A DNA stretch of 63,909 nucleotides, filler included, from Reticulomyxa filosa (GCA_000512085.1; 20 parts of 20 records of this genome joined end to end with filler, not necessarily neighbours in it), one strand, 5' to 3'. Numbered from the whole stretch's first letter, positions 50,678 through 63,784 are shown. Made by a program: numbers and translations. The notes: a model not told the origin generated them from the sequence alone.

Positions 50678-51926
50678 TTCATTGCCAAAATGATTCCATT
50701 ACCTTTTTTCTTTGTTTTAGAAAACTTTTCTTTTAAGAATATGTACATTTTCTTCTCTCTCTCCCCTTCTTGCAAGTAGATTTTTGATTTTTTGAATTAA
50801 GCATATTTCTCTTTACTCCAGCGATAACATATATATATATACTTTGTGTGGCAAAGTTCGAAAAAAAGGGAACACGTTTGCTGCAGAAAAATTCACATTG
50901 GGGTAATTCGTTCGGAAAATTTTGAAGTGATTCTATGAGTTTTTTGGTAATATAATGACTGATCCCAGCAAGTCAGGTGAATGGCCGAATCTCCTTTCTG
51001 ATTTTTCTTTCTCTCGTGTTCGGTCTCTTCTTGGGTGAGACTCGAAAAAGGGACGTTTTGCGATATAGATCGTTCGAAATCGGTGCCGTTTTCGCGAACC
51101 GGCCGGAAGAACTATCCCAAAAGGTGTGAGTTTCTGGGACTAAACTTATCTGTACCAGTCAACCATTTGTGTTGGCAAACGATTGGGCAAAGCGTGGGAG
51201 GGGGGGGGGGGGGAANNNNNNNNNNNNNNNNNNNNNNNNNNNNNNNNNNNNNNNNNNNNTTAATTAATTAANNNNNNNNNNNNNNNNNNNNNNNNNNNNN
51301 NNNNNNNNNNNNNNNCATAGCTTTAAATTCAAACTTTATCTTTGTATTTTCAATAAAGATTATCATTTTTTTCAAAAACTTTAAGATTTAGAAAACTGAA
51401 ACAACTGGGTCTTCTGTTTGCAAAAAAAAAAACAAAAACACAACACTCATTCAATAAAGATGCAACAGCTGTAAATTGTGTAAAATTTTCATCATATTTT
51501 TATCAAAAACACCATCATAATTTCATTTGCTTTTCATCTGCTGACAAAATTATACGTTTTTGGGATATTGAACATAATCAACAATTTCAAGTGTCCAATG
51601 GACACACTAATAGCTCGTGGCATTGAATTTTCATCATTTAATGGTGTATGATCAATTTTGCCAAATAACATTCGTTAGAAATGTTGGATATTGTATAAAA
51701 ACAGACAAATAATGAACAATACATTATATTCAAGGTTATTTTGGAACAACATTTTTATAATCAACAATGATGAATTTTGACATGATACTGGAGGGAAAAA
51801 ATGGAAAAACAAAAAAAAAAGGGAGCAACTAAATCAGTGAACGAACGTGATAAATGGTCATTATGCATACCGTTAGAATACATAGAGCTGATTTAAAAAA
51901 TTCAAACAATTACATTATGTTATCAA

Positions 51927-52110
51927 GGTTATCTGGCTCCATACCCAAAGAAAGGGGAACTTTAACAGAAATGATGTGGTTAGATCTTAGTGTTAACAAG
52001 TTGAGTTTGATATTTTATCATATTTTCAAAAAATAAACAAATTACAAAATATATATAAATTTTTCAATGAAATTAACTAGCTTAACCGGTATAATACACT
52101 AAAAATTGCA
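51927..52110 (+). pseudogene. Plant-type LRR exon remnants
   Basis: LSGSIPKERGTLTEMMWLDLSVNK, then GT..AG, then LTGII with stops. Confidence 0.65.
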
Positions 52111-52145
52111 AATATAACAAATGTTACATGTTGTTCGTTTCACAG

Positions 52146-52375
52146 TGAGTCCGTGAACATTTGGACGCATTTGTTTTCATTGATATTGTTTTTGACATTG
52201 GCAGCAAAAGAAGTATACGTGCATGGGCAAAGTGGAAAGATTGGATACGACTACTTAATGAGCACAGCAAGCGTGATGTATCACGTACTAATGAACAACT
52301 GCAATTCGCGTGTAGAACATATGCAATGTCTGAACGCAGATATATTTGGAATATTCGTCGGTACTATTCCACGAA
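52146..52375 (+). pseudogene. PAQR/haemolysin-III family fragment with internal deletions
   Basis: ESVNIWTHL (ExxNxxxH), S..YH and D.FGI motifs of PAQR proteins, compressed into about 75 codons. Confidence 0.7.
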
Positions 52376-54229
52376 GAAGGGGTCCTCACAATGTTAAAAA
52401 ATGAAAACCAAAGCAACAAATTTCTTTTTTTAATATTACAGTTTATTCTGAACTTTTTAAAAAATAAAACCCAGTTGTTGTCTCGAAATCGACAACTGAG
52501 AACTTTGCATAATCAAATGAACAATGAAATGAGTGTGTTAATGAATGAAAGCGTATTTGAAAATTCAACAAAATGGGAACAAAATCAAGGAATTATTTAC
52601 AAAAGAGGCCAAGTTAACTTATATAAATTTAGAAAAAAAGACATAAACTCCAAACGATAAACAAAAATCAATATTGTGCTTAGAAATGATCACAGCCAGT
52701 CAGTTCACGTATGGATTTTATATTGGGATAAACAACTTTACAATATATTTAATGATCAATATCAAAAAATGCTTAAAAAAATATGGACTGACAAAGATTA
52801 TTTTCCCATTATTCAATAATTTCTAATCTATCATTATTCAAACAAACATGTCCCATCTAAGCCTTCATTGGACCTTTTAAAAGATCAACTTACATCACAA
52901 TTCTTTTGAAGCCTTTGAAAATGAACTGCCTTACGGCATGACTTAAAGAGGGTTTAATGGACGAAATGCATAGCACTAAAAACAAAATAAGCGACGACGA
53001 AGTGAAAGAGACGAATAAAATGATTATTTGAATTATGGGTGACAAACAGACATTAAATAGTGTGAAAAAGATTCACAATGCAATTGATTGCAAAATAAAA
53101 ACATTTGACAACGTCATTCAAAAGTACAATAAAGAATGGAGTGGATTATTCCAAGCTACCTGAAGGAGCATTACAACATAGATTCGTGTCGAGCCGAGTT
53201 AAACAAGATTAATGTACAAATGGAGAGAGTTTGTGAGCAATCAAAGATACAATTCTATTGGATTTTTTTAACACAAATTTAGGTCCATTCAAAAATGGTA
53301 CCTCAAGAAGATATTCCATTTCATGCCATTGTCCATTCTGGCTATCAAAACAGTCCATTGTACCGGCAATGCAAACTCAGGTACAATGATGGATGCACGA
53401 TATTTTCTTGACAATAGTGTATTTGCTACATCAGCAAATGATCAATAGTAATGAGCCTATATTTGTAATACGTACAATCATTATCGGGTTAGTACGATCA
53501 TCTTTGCGCTATTTGGATATGGACAATTTTTAACAAAAAGGAAGTTATTGTTCAATGTATCCGCGGATTGACTTGCAATTTGACGTATAAGTTCAAGCAG
53601 CAACTCGCTCTGGAGGTATTAAGGCTAAGTGAAGAAACTGTTTCCAATGAATTGAATCGTGATACGTTGGCTGAACCTATTTTGATCCACAATATAATGT
53701 AATTCGACAATATGATAATATCGTCCTATCTAGCACATTCATTTCGTACATTACTAGGCTTAGAGTCTACGTCAATGCATCCGATAAACACACTTATCAT
53801 CATAACGAACAATGGACTGGAAATATCTTGGAAAATATCAAAAGATACACCGACTTGGGGGCGATAAGTATGGACCAGTTTCTTAAAATGTGGGAAAATA
53901 TTTATGTCACAGTTTGAATCAATACTCTTTATGNNNNNNNNNNNNNNNNNNNNNNNNNNNNNNNNNNNNNNNNNNNNTTAATTAATTAANNNNNNNNNNN
54001 NNNNNNNNNNNNNNNNNNNNNNNNNNNNNNNNNGCAATTCTTCAACACATTTTATTAAGTTTACAGCATTTTTTGCCGACATACTTTTCGTTATGGATAA
54101 GCTTTTCATTTGCTCTCAGACGAAACTTTCAAAAAATTTTTGATTTTAGTTTTGAATTAACACTGAAGACAGCTTTCTTATTTATATTTTTTGCTCCAAT
54201 GTATTCGTTGACTTCTTTTAAAATTTCAT

Positions 54230-55134
54230 TTATTCACCATTTTTATTCCAATCAGATTTATCACCAAAAAAATTTTTATCATTTGTATTTGAAACAAAAA
54301 GTATTTGCTTGCCATGAACGTTTAAGAAGAATGATGAAAGATCAAGAATGGAGTTCACAAAAATTGATCTACTTGCCAATGTAAGGAAACAAAGAAGGTT
54401 TTTCTTCATAAGTGCACAAATCTTGCAAAGATGGATCAAATCCATTGAACAAAATATCCCATAAATAAAAGTTTCTTCCTTTGCCTCGACTGAGCATTCT
54501 GGTATAACGTGGAGTGGGTATTTCATTGATGAGCATTGGAACCTTGAGTCATCCAATCATCCGAAAGATCGAGTACCAAACGGATACGTAATTGAGGAAG
54601 AGGATGGATTGTGAGTATCAATATCAAATACAGTATTAATATGCAAAGTGGCGAAGAGGGATTCAGTATGGAGTGATCCGTGCCAACGGCGATGACACCA
54701 CACTCTAAACTTTTCACCTCTTCTATTTGCTGATCAAGTGCGTCCTTTCTGCTATTTGTAAATGTGTGAAAATGCAATCCGTGAACACTTTGTTTAACCA
54801 ACCAATGCCTATTTCGTTGACGCCTGTTCCATTGGATGTGCACATACGTATACACATGTGTATGTATGTAAATATGTACTCTCGCATCTCAACTTTTTAA
54901 AAAAAAACAAATTCCAACTTTAACATGCACAATAGAATGATAATATTTTATCAAATTATCGCTCCAATACTTGAGTATATATTCTGTGTCACTACGGGAA
55001 AATATATAACGGTCCAAACCAAAAACCGAGTAACAATATCGGTCCACGCCAGCCAACTTGAAACGATCCAACAACTCTAAGTATTGGCTACAATAATACA
55101 GACAATCCGGACCAATATCAAATAATGTCACCAT
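54230..55134 (-). pseudogene. F-box-like protein, frameshifted (pseudogene or sequencing errors)
   Basis: N-terminal TLFDIGPDCLYYCSQYLELLDRFKLAGVDR fits the F-box consensus. Intron near 54832-54918. The downstream exon needs at least one frame change. Confidence 0.5.
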
Positions 55135-55607
55135 CTGTACATTTCAGATTAAACGAAAAATTAAACACCCTTCTAATACACGAATATTTGCTCCAAAATT
55201 ATCGTTATTACTCAATTTGTTTGCAATTCAAATTTCTTTATCTGTTTTNNNNNNNNNNNNNNNNNNNNNNNNNNNNNNNNNNNNNNNNNNNNTTAATTAA
55301 TTAANNNNNNNNNNNNNNNNNNNNNNNNNNNNNNNNNNNNNNNNNNNNAAAAACTTATGTGAACAAGCAAATGTCTCACCATTAAAAAACAAAATATTGT
55401 TTCAAAATTGTCGATGTCACGGACGGATTTGAAATTACAATTCCGAAATCTTTTGATGTTTTTTTATAAATACAAGAAATAGTATTGTTTAATTTAGAAA
55501 AAAAAGTTATTAAATCACAAACCACATGTCAAATTCCCTTTTCCCATTATTCTTTTTTTTTTTTTGTCAACACTGAGTATTTTTGTATTATCTTTTTGTG
55601 TTAAACA

Positions 55608-57367
55608 TTAAGTATCTTTCTTAGATTTTTTTTTCTTTTTCTTTTCGCTGCTTGTTTTTTCTTTTGATTTGGTTTTCGTTTTTTTTGTTTTTGTTTTTTT
55701 CGTTTTTGTTTTTTTGGTTTTCTTTTCTTTTTGAGATTTCCGTTTCTTTTTACTAGCTTTAGTTGTAGTTTCTTCTTCTCCGCTGCTTTCATTTTGTTCG
55801 CTTTCAAATTTTTCTTGCTTTTTTTGTTGTTTTTTTTTTGTAGGCCTATTATTTTTTCTTCCTCTGCCATTGGTATTTTCGTTTTCAAGCATATGTTCAA
55901 ATGCTTTTTTAATGGATTGGATGCCCTGCTCTAAGACCATATTCGCAAATGTCTCACTAAGAGGATCCAAATATTGCCGAATAAATTGCCCACACATACG
56001 AATATTTGATGCTTCAGCTTCTTCAATAGTGTTGTCTGCAAACAAAATTTTTAATATCAATTCATCTCTCTTTTGTCCTGGTCTGTCAATTCGACCTTTC
56101 ATTTGTTCCATTAAATCTCCACTTTGTGGACGACTGATGATACAATCGCATTCATGCTGCATGTTTAATCCATAAGCTGCTTCATGGGTTGTAAATACAC
56201 GACAGTGTTTGAGTCCGTCTATTATTGAACATATTTTGTTATTGTTTTGAGTCGAGCTGTGTCCAATAATCACAAAAGAATTGCAAGAAGCATTTTCAAA
56301 AGAATTTGGCTTCATACCTAGACAATCCACAATTTTTTCTTTTTCTTTTTTCGTATTTGCAAAAATCAGTGGTCTTCGTTTTGCTTTGACCAGTTGTCGT
56401 GCTTCTTTGGCAATCTCTTCAATAATAATATCTTCAAACTTTTTGGAAATAAATTGTCGTAATTGCAAATACAAAGATTTGTTATCAAATAAATCTCGAC
56501 GGTTGGATTGTATTTCGTCATATTCCTCACGCAATTTCTTCGGCATTGGAACACCAATATAATCAATTTGCCACGTGCGCCGCTTGTCTGGAACATGGCA
56601 TATGATATGTTCACTTAGCAAAGCATTTAAATAATGGCCTTCCCTGGGGATACAACTTCCCAACATTCTAATCATATAGAAAAGTTTTGTAAATCGAGAT
56701 CGGAAAAATGTGGCAGACAACATGAGTACACCACAGTCCGACGATACCACTTGCCGCCAAGCCTCAGCAGTCTGCAATGCACTTTCGTTTTGAACTGAGG
56801 TACATTCATCAATAATCACCAACGACCACTGCTTTGCCAATGGATGATCACGACAGCGACCCAACGTTGTCAGCAGAATAGAATTATCTTGATGAAACAA
56901 CGATTCTTCTGGCATTATTTTCCCATCTATTGTTTTTTTTGTTAAATCAAACAATTCAAATACACTTGCACTTAGTCAGCGACAAAAAACACGAATAATT
57001 TTAGAACAATTACCGGATTCTTGCCATACCACGGCAAAGCCAGAACAATGTTTGGCAATTTGATCCTTCCATTCTGCAATTAACTTAATGTTTGGGAGCA
57101 AGACTAAAAAGCCATTATTCGGCTGATTGTTTTTATGTCTTTCTTGCCAAAGATAAACAGCACTAGCTAATGCGGATAAGGTTTTGCCTGCACCTACTGC
57201 ACTGGCGTCTGCAAAGCCACGTTTCCCTTTTTGAACTCCTCGCAAAACTCGTTTGGCGGTTATTCTCTGGTGTTTCCACAATTTGGTTTTCAATTTTGGT
57301 CCAATACTTTTCCCAGTATTCGGTACTCCTTCTTCTTCTTCTTCTTGTTCTTGTTCTTCTTCACTTT
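55608..57367 (-). CDS. SF2/SNF2-like helicase with Lys-rich tail (5' truncated; one intron 56927-57013)
   Basis: Q-motif LWKHQ; Walker A VGAGKT; Walker B IIDEC; motif III LSAT; YGLNMQ; motif VI QMKGRIDRPGQ. Confidence 0.9.
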
Positions 57368-57467
57368 NNNNNNNNNNNNNNNNNNNNNNNNNNNNNNNNN
57401 NNNNNNNNNNNTTAATTAATTAANNNNNNNNNNNNNNNNNNNNNNNNNNNNNNNNNNNNNNNNNNNN

Positions 57468-57824
57468 TGTCCAGTGAATGTATTGATTAATTTGGACGAT
57501 GAGCGAAATGTTTCAAACATGAAGAAAATAGATGCCTATATTAAATAAACATTTGAATATTTTAATGAATATTTTTTTAAAAAGAAAGAACAAATAAACT
57601 AACATAATTGACAACAAGTTTATCAAATTCCTGGATCCATCCTAATCGAACGTTTAATGTTCTAATCCAATATTTAATAATTTCTTTGATTTTTTCTTCT
57701 GACAGATTTATCTGAAATTACAATCAATCAAATCTTAAAGTAATTCTTCTGAAGGATATGTTAAAATGAACTGAACCTCTGATTGTTTTGTTGATGGCTC
57801 TTTTTTACTGCTAGAATTTTCCAT
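57468..57824 (-). CDS. 5' part of another lineage-expanded WD40-family gene (truncated by contig end)
   Basis: MENSSSKKEPSTKQSE|EEKIKEIIKYWIRTLNVRLGWIQEFDKLVVNY|ASIFFMFETFRSSSKLINTFTGH, with the same exon layout as 43670-44811. Confidence 0.85.
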
Positions 57825-58845
57825 TTGCTTTGTCTTAGATGATGATTAATATGATGCAAGAGTTAAACTTGGAACTTTTTTCTCTCCTAAAGGGCTTGTC
57901 AAACTGCTTTGATGATAGGATAAAAATTTTTGCTATGCCATATAATTTTTTTTTAGTATTAAAATAATGAAACAAGCCACCAAAAGTGAATTTAATATTT
58001 TTGAATGAGAATAAACATAATTCTATTTTTTGTATTGTATAGAAAATATCATTTTACACAATTAGTGTTGTAATTTACCGATTATTTAGAAATTCAAAGA
58101 AAGTACTTTGTTATCATATTACACACCTTTTCTGTATTTTGTTTATTTTTTAATATTTTCAAAAGTTCAGCAAAAGGATAATTTTTCTTTTTTTCTGTCA
58201 TGCAAATTTTGCTTTATGTAAGTTAATATTCATGTTCCATTATTTAAAATAGTTAGTAAGAAAGCGAACATATTGTATTTGTTTTTTAATAACATTTTTC
58301 ATCAATTTGTGGATACAATGAGACAAAAGCCAATTCCTTGTCTAAAAGTGTATTCTTTCACATTATCAAAAAATTAATGTTATAATCATGTTCAAATTCT
58401 ACATATAAAAAAAATAGAAAAATGCATATCACTATATAATTACTACTTTGTCGTTGACAATGTCTTCATTTTTTTTTTATGATGAATAAAATCTCTTTTA
58501 AGTATTGTAAAAAAAAACATTGTTTTGTAGGCAGGTCCCTATACTGGATTTATTTATTGTCAGGGTGAATAAGTTATGAATTCAATCGTTTTTTTTAGAG
58601 GCGGGATACATTCAAATTCAAAAACGCAAGAATAAAGACTACTTCTCATTACAATCCATCACGCAAATGTAACACCAAGTGTAACGTGCTTTCTTTTTGA
58701 ATGTTGATCATTTGGTCGTGTATTTGAAAGTGGAAGTAGGAACAANNNNNNNNNNNNNNNNNNNNNNNNNNNNNNNNNNNNNNNNNNNNTTAATTAATTA
58801 ANNNNNNNNNNNNNNNNNNNNNNNNNNNNNNNNNNNNNNNNNNNN

Positions 58846-60253
58846 GTCTGTGATACTTGCGCCCAAGGGACGCTGCCGTTTAATTCGTTCTCAGATAATT
58901 GCAATGTCTCCAATTTCGGAAACGATTTCAAATGGTCCAAAAATGACGTTCGGTACAACTTGTTATTTGACAGTGACAATACCTTCAACTTGCCTTCCTC
59001 GCCGGATACCCCTTCCAATATCACCTCCGTCAACTCGTTGCCACTCAAATCCAAATATTCCAAAGTGCTGGGTAATATTGACAAATTCAAACGGCCACGC
59101 AATGCATTGTCCGAGCCACTTAGGATTTGAAGTTTTGGTGGCAATATTACTGTACTTACATTCTCTATTTTACATATCAACATATATACATATATAAATA
59201 TGTATACGTATATGCATGTTCATCGCATGCACACATGCAAAGATGTACCTTGAACGTGTGAGCGATCAAAGGTAACGACTTCCAAAAGTGGAAAGTGCTC
59301 CAATTGTTGCAAAAAAGAAGAAAAGGGGGAGGTGATATTGAACACGTTATCATGCAGGTATAGATATTTCAACACAGAATTGTCGTCGCCAAGAATGTGG
59401 AGCTGTGTGAAGCGGTTGATGCTAATGTCCAGATATTCCAATCGGGGAGGGATTTGACGCAAAGTGAAGTTGCCATGGAGCCAGTTGCCGCTTAGGTCGA
59501 CATACGTCAGGTTGGGCAACGGAAAATCGCTTTCAAAGTCATCAAATATTATGCCCTCGATCAAACGATTCGAATGCAAGTCCAATACATTCAAACGTGC
59601 AAACTGTCTCGCGTACTGCTGCATGTTCACACATCCAGTAAGTATATTGTTTGACAGATTCAAGTATTCCAATGCATTTGATAAGTTGTCAATCGTGTTA
59701 TTACCTTTATACATTTATATATATATATGAATGTATATACATAAATATGTATATGTATATATGTATTTATGTATGTAAAAAGTACATGTACATGTGTACG
59801 TAAAGGAAGGGGGGGGGGGGACACATTTTTGTGTTAGTTTTAACCAGAGAATGAATTGGTGGACAAATCGAGATAAGACAGATTCATAGCGGAAACGGTA
59901 TCAAAACGTGGCTCTCCGACAAAAAGATGCCCAGAGATCACCAGCTTTTGCAATCCGGCATGTCCGTTGAGGGCGGACCATGTCAAGTTGCCCCGAAGTG
60001 GACTATTACTACCTTTGATGAACTCCACCATCTTCACGACGTTCTTGTCTTGGATGTCACATTCAAAGTGACCCACCTGCGTGCACACGTCGCACGTCTC
60101 GTTCAGATTCACACCATATTGATGCAGGTTCACGCCTTTGAAAAACTTGCGCATTTCTTGTGTTGCCAGTGTTGCGTTGACCCAAGGACAGGTGCTGCCT
60201 GCAGAGAGTACAAACAGTCCAGCCGCAAGTAAGAATAACAGTGTAGATAACAT
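58846..60253 (-). CDS. Secreted/cell-surface leucine-rich-repeat protein (3 or more exons, 3' truncated)
   Basis: Signal peptide MLSTLLFLLAAGLFVLSAG, Cys cap, and repeated LxxLDLSxNxLxG motifs in three exons. Confidence 0.9.
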
Positions 60254-60711
60254 TTTTCTCTTATTTATTATTATTTGCGTGTGGAAAATTCAAACGGAGC
60301 TGTTCCAAACAGCAAAAAGCTTTTTTTTTTGTTTTGTATTCTTATTTGGATTGACCGTTTTGTTCTTCCGCAATTGCATATCACTTAAAGGTTAATGTAC
60401 CATAAGCTGTCTTCATCTGTTGACTGTCCAGTCCATAATATCTTTTAGGTTTTAGTGGACATATCATTAACACTAAATTACAGCAACATTTTTTACAAAA
60501 TATAAAGCAATTTAATATCTCTTCAATTAGTAAATATCTTGTACTTGAAACTATTGACGGCAAAACTCGTAAAGTTCGTCAAAGGGTAGAGAGGAGGGGG
60601 AACTAATGCTCNNNNNNNNNNNNNNNNNNNNNNNNNNNNNNNNNNNNNNNNNNNNTTAATTAATTAANNNNNNNNNNNNNNNNNNNNNNNNNNNNNNNNN
60701 NNNNNNNNNNN

Positions 60712-61800
60712 GTAGTATTTGAGAACGATTCTCTTCATATAGTCGCCTTTAGGTATGGCAGTTTTTTTTGCAATCTACTGTATTATTACATTTCCACTAT
60801 ATGTACTTGATCTCTCAATTTGTTGACATGTCCTTGTAAATATTAATACGCTTCTTTTATTTTTACCGATATTGGATATCTTCTTTTTATGCCGATAGAA
60901 TCAAATGTTAATTGAATAATACTTTTTTGTTCTTCACTACATAGATTAATAAATTCTTGTACACCTTTTACAGGACCCAATGCAACACCACATAATAATG
61001 ACTCATCTTGACTTTCAATTAATTTCATTTCCAATTCTTTCAATTTATCCAACACTTGTCCTGATCGACCACTTCCAATTGTAGTACTGCTACTCTACAA
61101 CCTCCTCCAACTCCTCCTCTTTGCTTTTGCTCTTCCAACTGAGCTAATCCAACTGCCGTAGGGACAAAACTATGACGGATGTATGGTAACATATAGCCTA
61201 TGGGGATTGTGAATCCAATTGATTTACTACCACTTGTGATGATATTGGTCCTTCACTTAATGGTTTTCCGTATAATTTTACGTATACTACCATATCTTCA
61301 TGCGCATACTTCACATGTTTGTTCGCATTTGCGTTTGCACCTGCATTTAAATTTGAACTTGAACTTCTACCCTCTGCTGATTTACTTTCTTCCCTAATTA
61401 TTCGCTGTTGTGATACAATTGTTGTTGTTCCTTCACTGCTCACAAACCATTCTATCAATCGTTTTGATACATCACTTTCCACGCATAATCGAAGCTCTTC
61501 TTCGTTGCCATTCAATAATATTTTTTCCATTTCCACCAAGTACCTTTTTTGAGCAACATTATTTTTTCTTAACGAAAAATATTTATCTTGTTTCACAAAC
61601 AAACTGTTGGAAGGGAATCACCATGGAAGACACTCCACTTGTTGGCTCTTCTGGATGCGTCATTGTTGCAAAAGTTCATCCAATAGCGTTTCAAATACAA
61701 AAAAAAGTAAGTTTTATGGAATAAAATATTCATGATCCAAGGGTAACTTTGATTCTTGTCTAAAATTGAACGTTGAAAGTTCAATGCTTTGTACAAAAAT
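60712..61800 (-). pseudogene. Decayed gene fragment of unknown family
   Basis: Protein-like blocks (ORFs 61198-61602 and 60843-61055) in different frames with intervening stops. No motif recognised. Confidence 0.35.
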
Positions 61801-63491
61801 ACTACATTTCAACTAATAATTTTTTTGAANNNNNNNNNNNNNNNNNNNNNNNNNNNNNNNNNNNNNNNNNNNNTTAATTAATTAANNNNNNNNNNNNNNN
61901 NNNNNNNNNNNNNNNNNNNNNNNNNNNNNTTGATGTTTTTTTCTTCGGTTTGGTTTGTTTTTTTTTTTTTTTCTTTCTTTTGCTCGAAAGATTTGATCTG
62001 GTCAGTTGGGAGAGTTTTTTCTAAACTCGATTTGTTTGTTGGCAATTTTTTTTTTTTTGTAGCTCTTGCCCGGAACAAACAATGGAGTTATGAGAAATTT
62101 GTTGACTGATTGATTTTTTTTCTTTTTATTTTTTGCGACTGTTAATGTACTGCATGTGTGTCTTACATACGGTTTTTTCTCTATCTTTTTTATTTCTGTT
62201 GGTATTTTTGTATTTTGTGATTTCGCCAAATGTTATTTCACTGATATGTATAAATATCCACCTTTTGGACAAAATGCTTGCCATGGGGGACTGGAAGAAA
62301 CTTGTTTCATTTTTCTAATGACTGCAGACAAAAGTGTTCGTCTCATTTTTTAAAAATGTATTACACAAAAAAATGTATTGAATTGAGAAATTTGTTCTTG
62401 ATATACGATTGAATCTAAAGACTTTCATAATATTTGCACTTATATCATACACTTTTTTTGGATATAGACCGGCATAGGAGGAAACCTATATACTCATAAA
62501 GTTAATTTGTTCTGGACGCCAAATAACTACTGTCTAGTTTTATCCATCGAAATTTAACAATTTTTAATAAGAACAAGTCAAGATTTGCGTTGTGAATATT
62601 AAAATATGTAAGTGCGAAATATATTTATAATGTTCGCACAACTTATTTAAACCAATTTATTCTTACGCATAAAATATGTTCAAACAATTGTATAATCACG
62701 CACAAAAAAAATGAGAAGTAACTTATGAAACAGTCTAGTACTAATCATTGTCAGAAAGTCAAGTGAACCTCAGAACTCCTTTTATTCTGTTCACACTCAC
62801 TTCACTACTCTTTTTACTTTTGCTTGTTTGTTTTAGATCATTATTTTCTCGTTATTTACAAATTTCGTTTTTGTTGAAAGTTTGCTCAGTAGAGCTAATC
62901 ACCTTTCGTATTACACTTTGAGTAGTATCATATTCCGCAAATTTGAGCATACTATATTTTGGATAATACTCTTAATATCGAAAACAATATCTATTTTTTT
63001 TGATGCTACATATTTTTGCATTGCTGTATTATTATACGTGCAAATACTTTTAATTTTTATCAATTTATAATTAATGTCATACATGTGATATCTTAAATAA
63101 TTGTATAACGTATTATAATGAAAAATTGCATTTTGTGATAGCTTATGAAATCTAAACAATTTTTTTTAATTTAAAAGCAAATTTTAGTTTTCCAAAAGTT
63201 TATTTGGTACAATTATACTTTGTTTTCAAATTACTTTTCTAAATAGTTTAATGTCATGTATTTCAATCATAAAATAACCATCAATTGCAAAGTAATAATG
63301 TTTTGATAAACGTACAAAGGATAATTGTTTCGATATGATTATGTGAAGATGCTAAAAAGCAACTTTTTCACCAAGTCTACTACAAAAAAAAGAATTATTG
63401 GGCGATAAACTGTTTGTTTTCAACTTTTGGCAGTACAGAACCTAAAAGTACGTAGAAAAAGGCGCTTCAACTCAAAATTTGATAATAAAAC

Positions 63492-63784
63492 ATGTCCGGC
63501 TCAGTAGGTCTACAACAAACAGCACAAAGAGAAGGCAAAGATGAAAAAATTTTGAATAATTCGATTAAGAAAGAAGAGTTCATAGGTGTTGGCATTAGTA
63601 TTGGGGAGCGATGGACAAACGTGTCTGTCTACCAAAACGGCGTCGTTTCAGACACAATAAAAAAAATGCCATCTGTCATAACATTTTCGAGAGAGTCTGT
63701 ATTTTTTGGGCATGATGCATTTAAGCATAGTTTCAACAACATTGAAAACACGATCTATGGATTTTTTGCACTTTTAGGAAAAAG
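63492..63784 (+). CDS. Divergent Hsp70-superfamily protein, first exon
   Basis: VGISIG....VSVYQNG....MPSVITFS....FGHDA......N.ENTIYG...LLGKR matches the Hsp70 ATPase N-terminus. GT donor at 63785. Confidence 0.75.

Noticed and set aside
56976-56978. In-frame TGA between the two helicase ORFs as selenocysteine or readthrough
   Set aside because: It lies inside a phase-compatible GT..AG intron (56927-57013) whose removal gives WQESDGKIM.
1290-61885. Recurring TTAATTAATTAA palindrome as a biological repeat or CRISPR-like array
   Set aside because: It is always centred in exactly 44+44 Ns, so it is an artificial six-frame-stop contig spacer.
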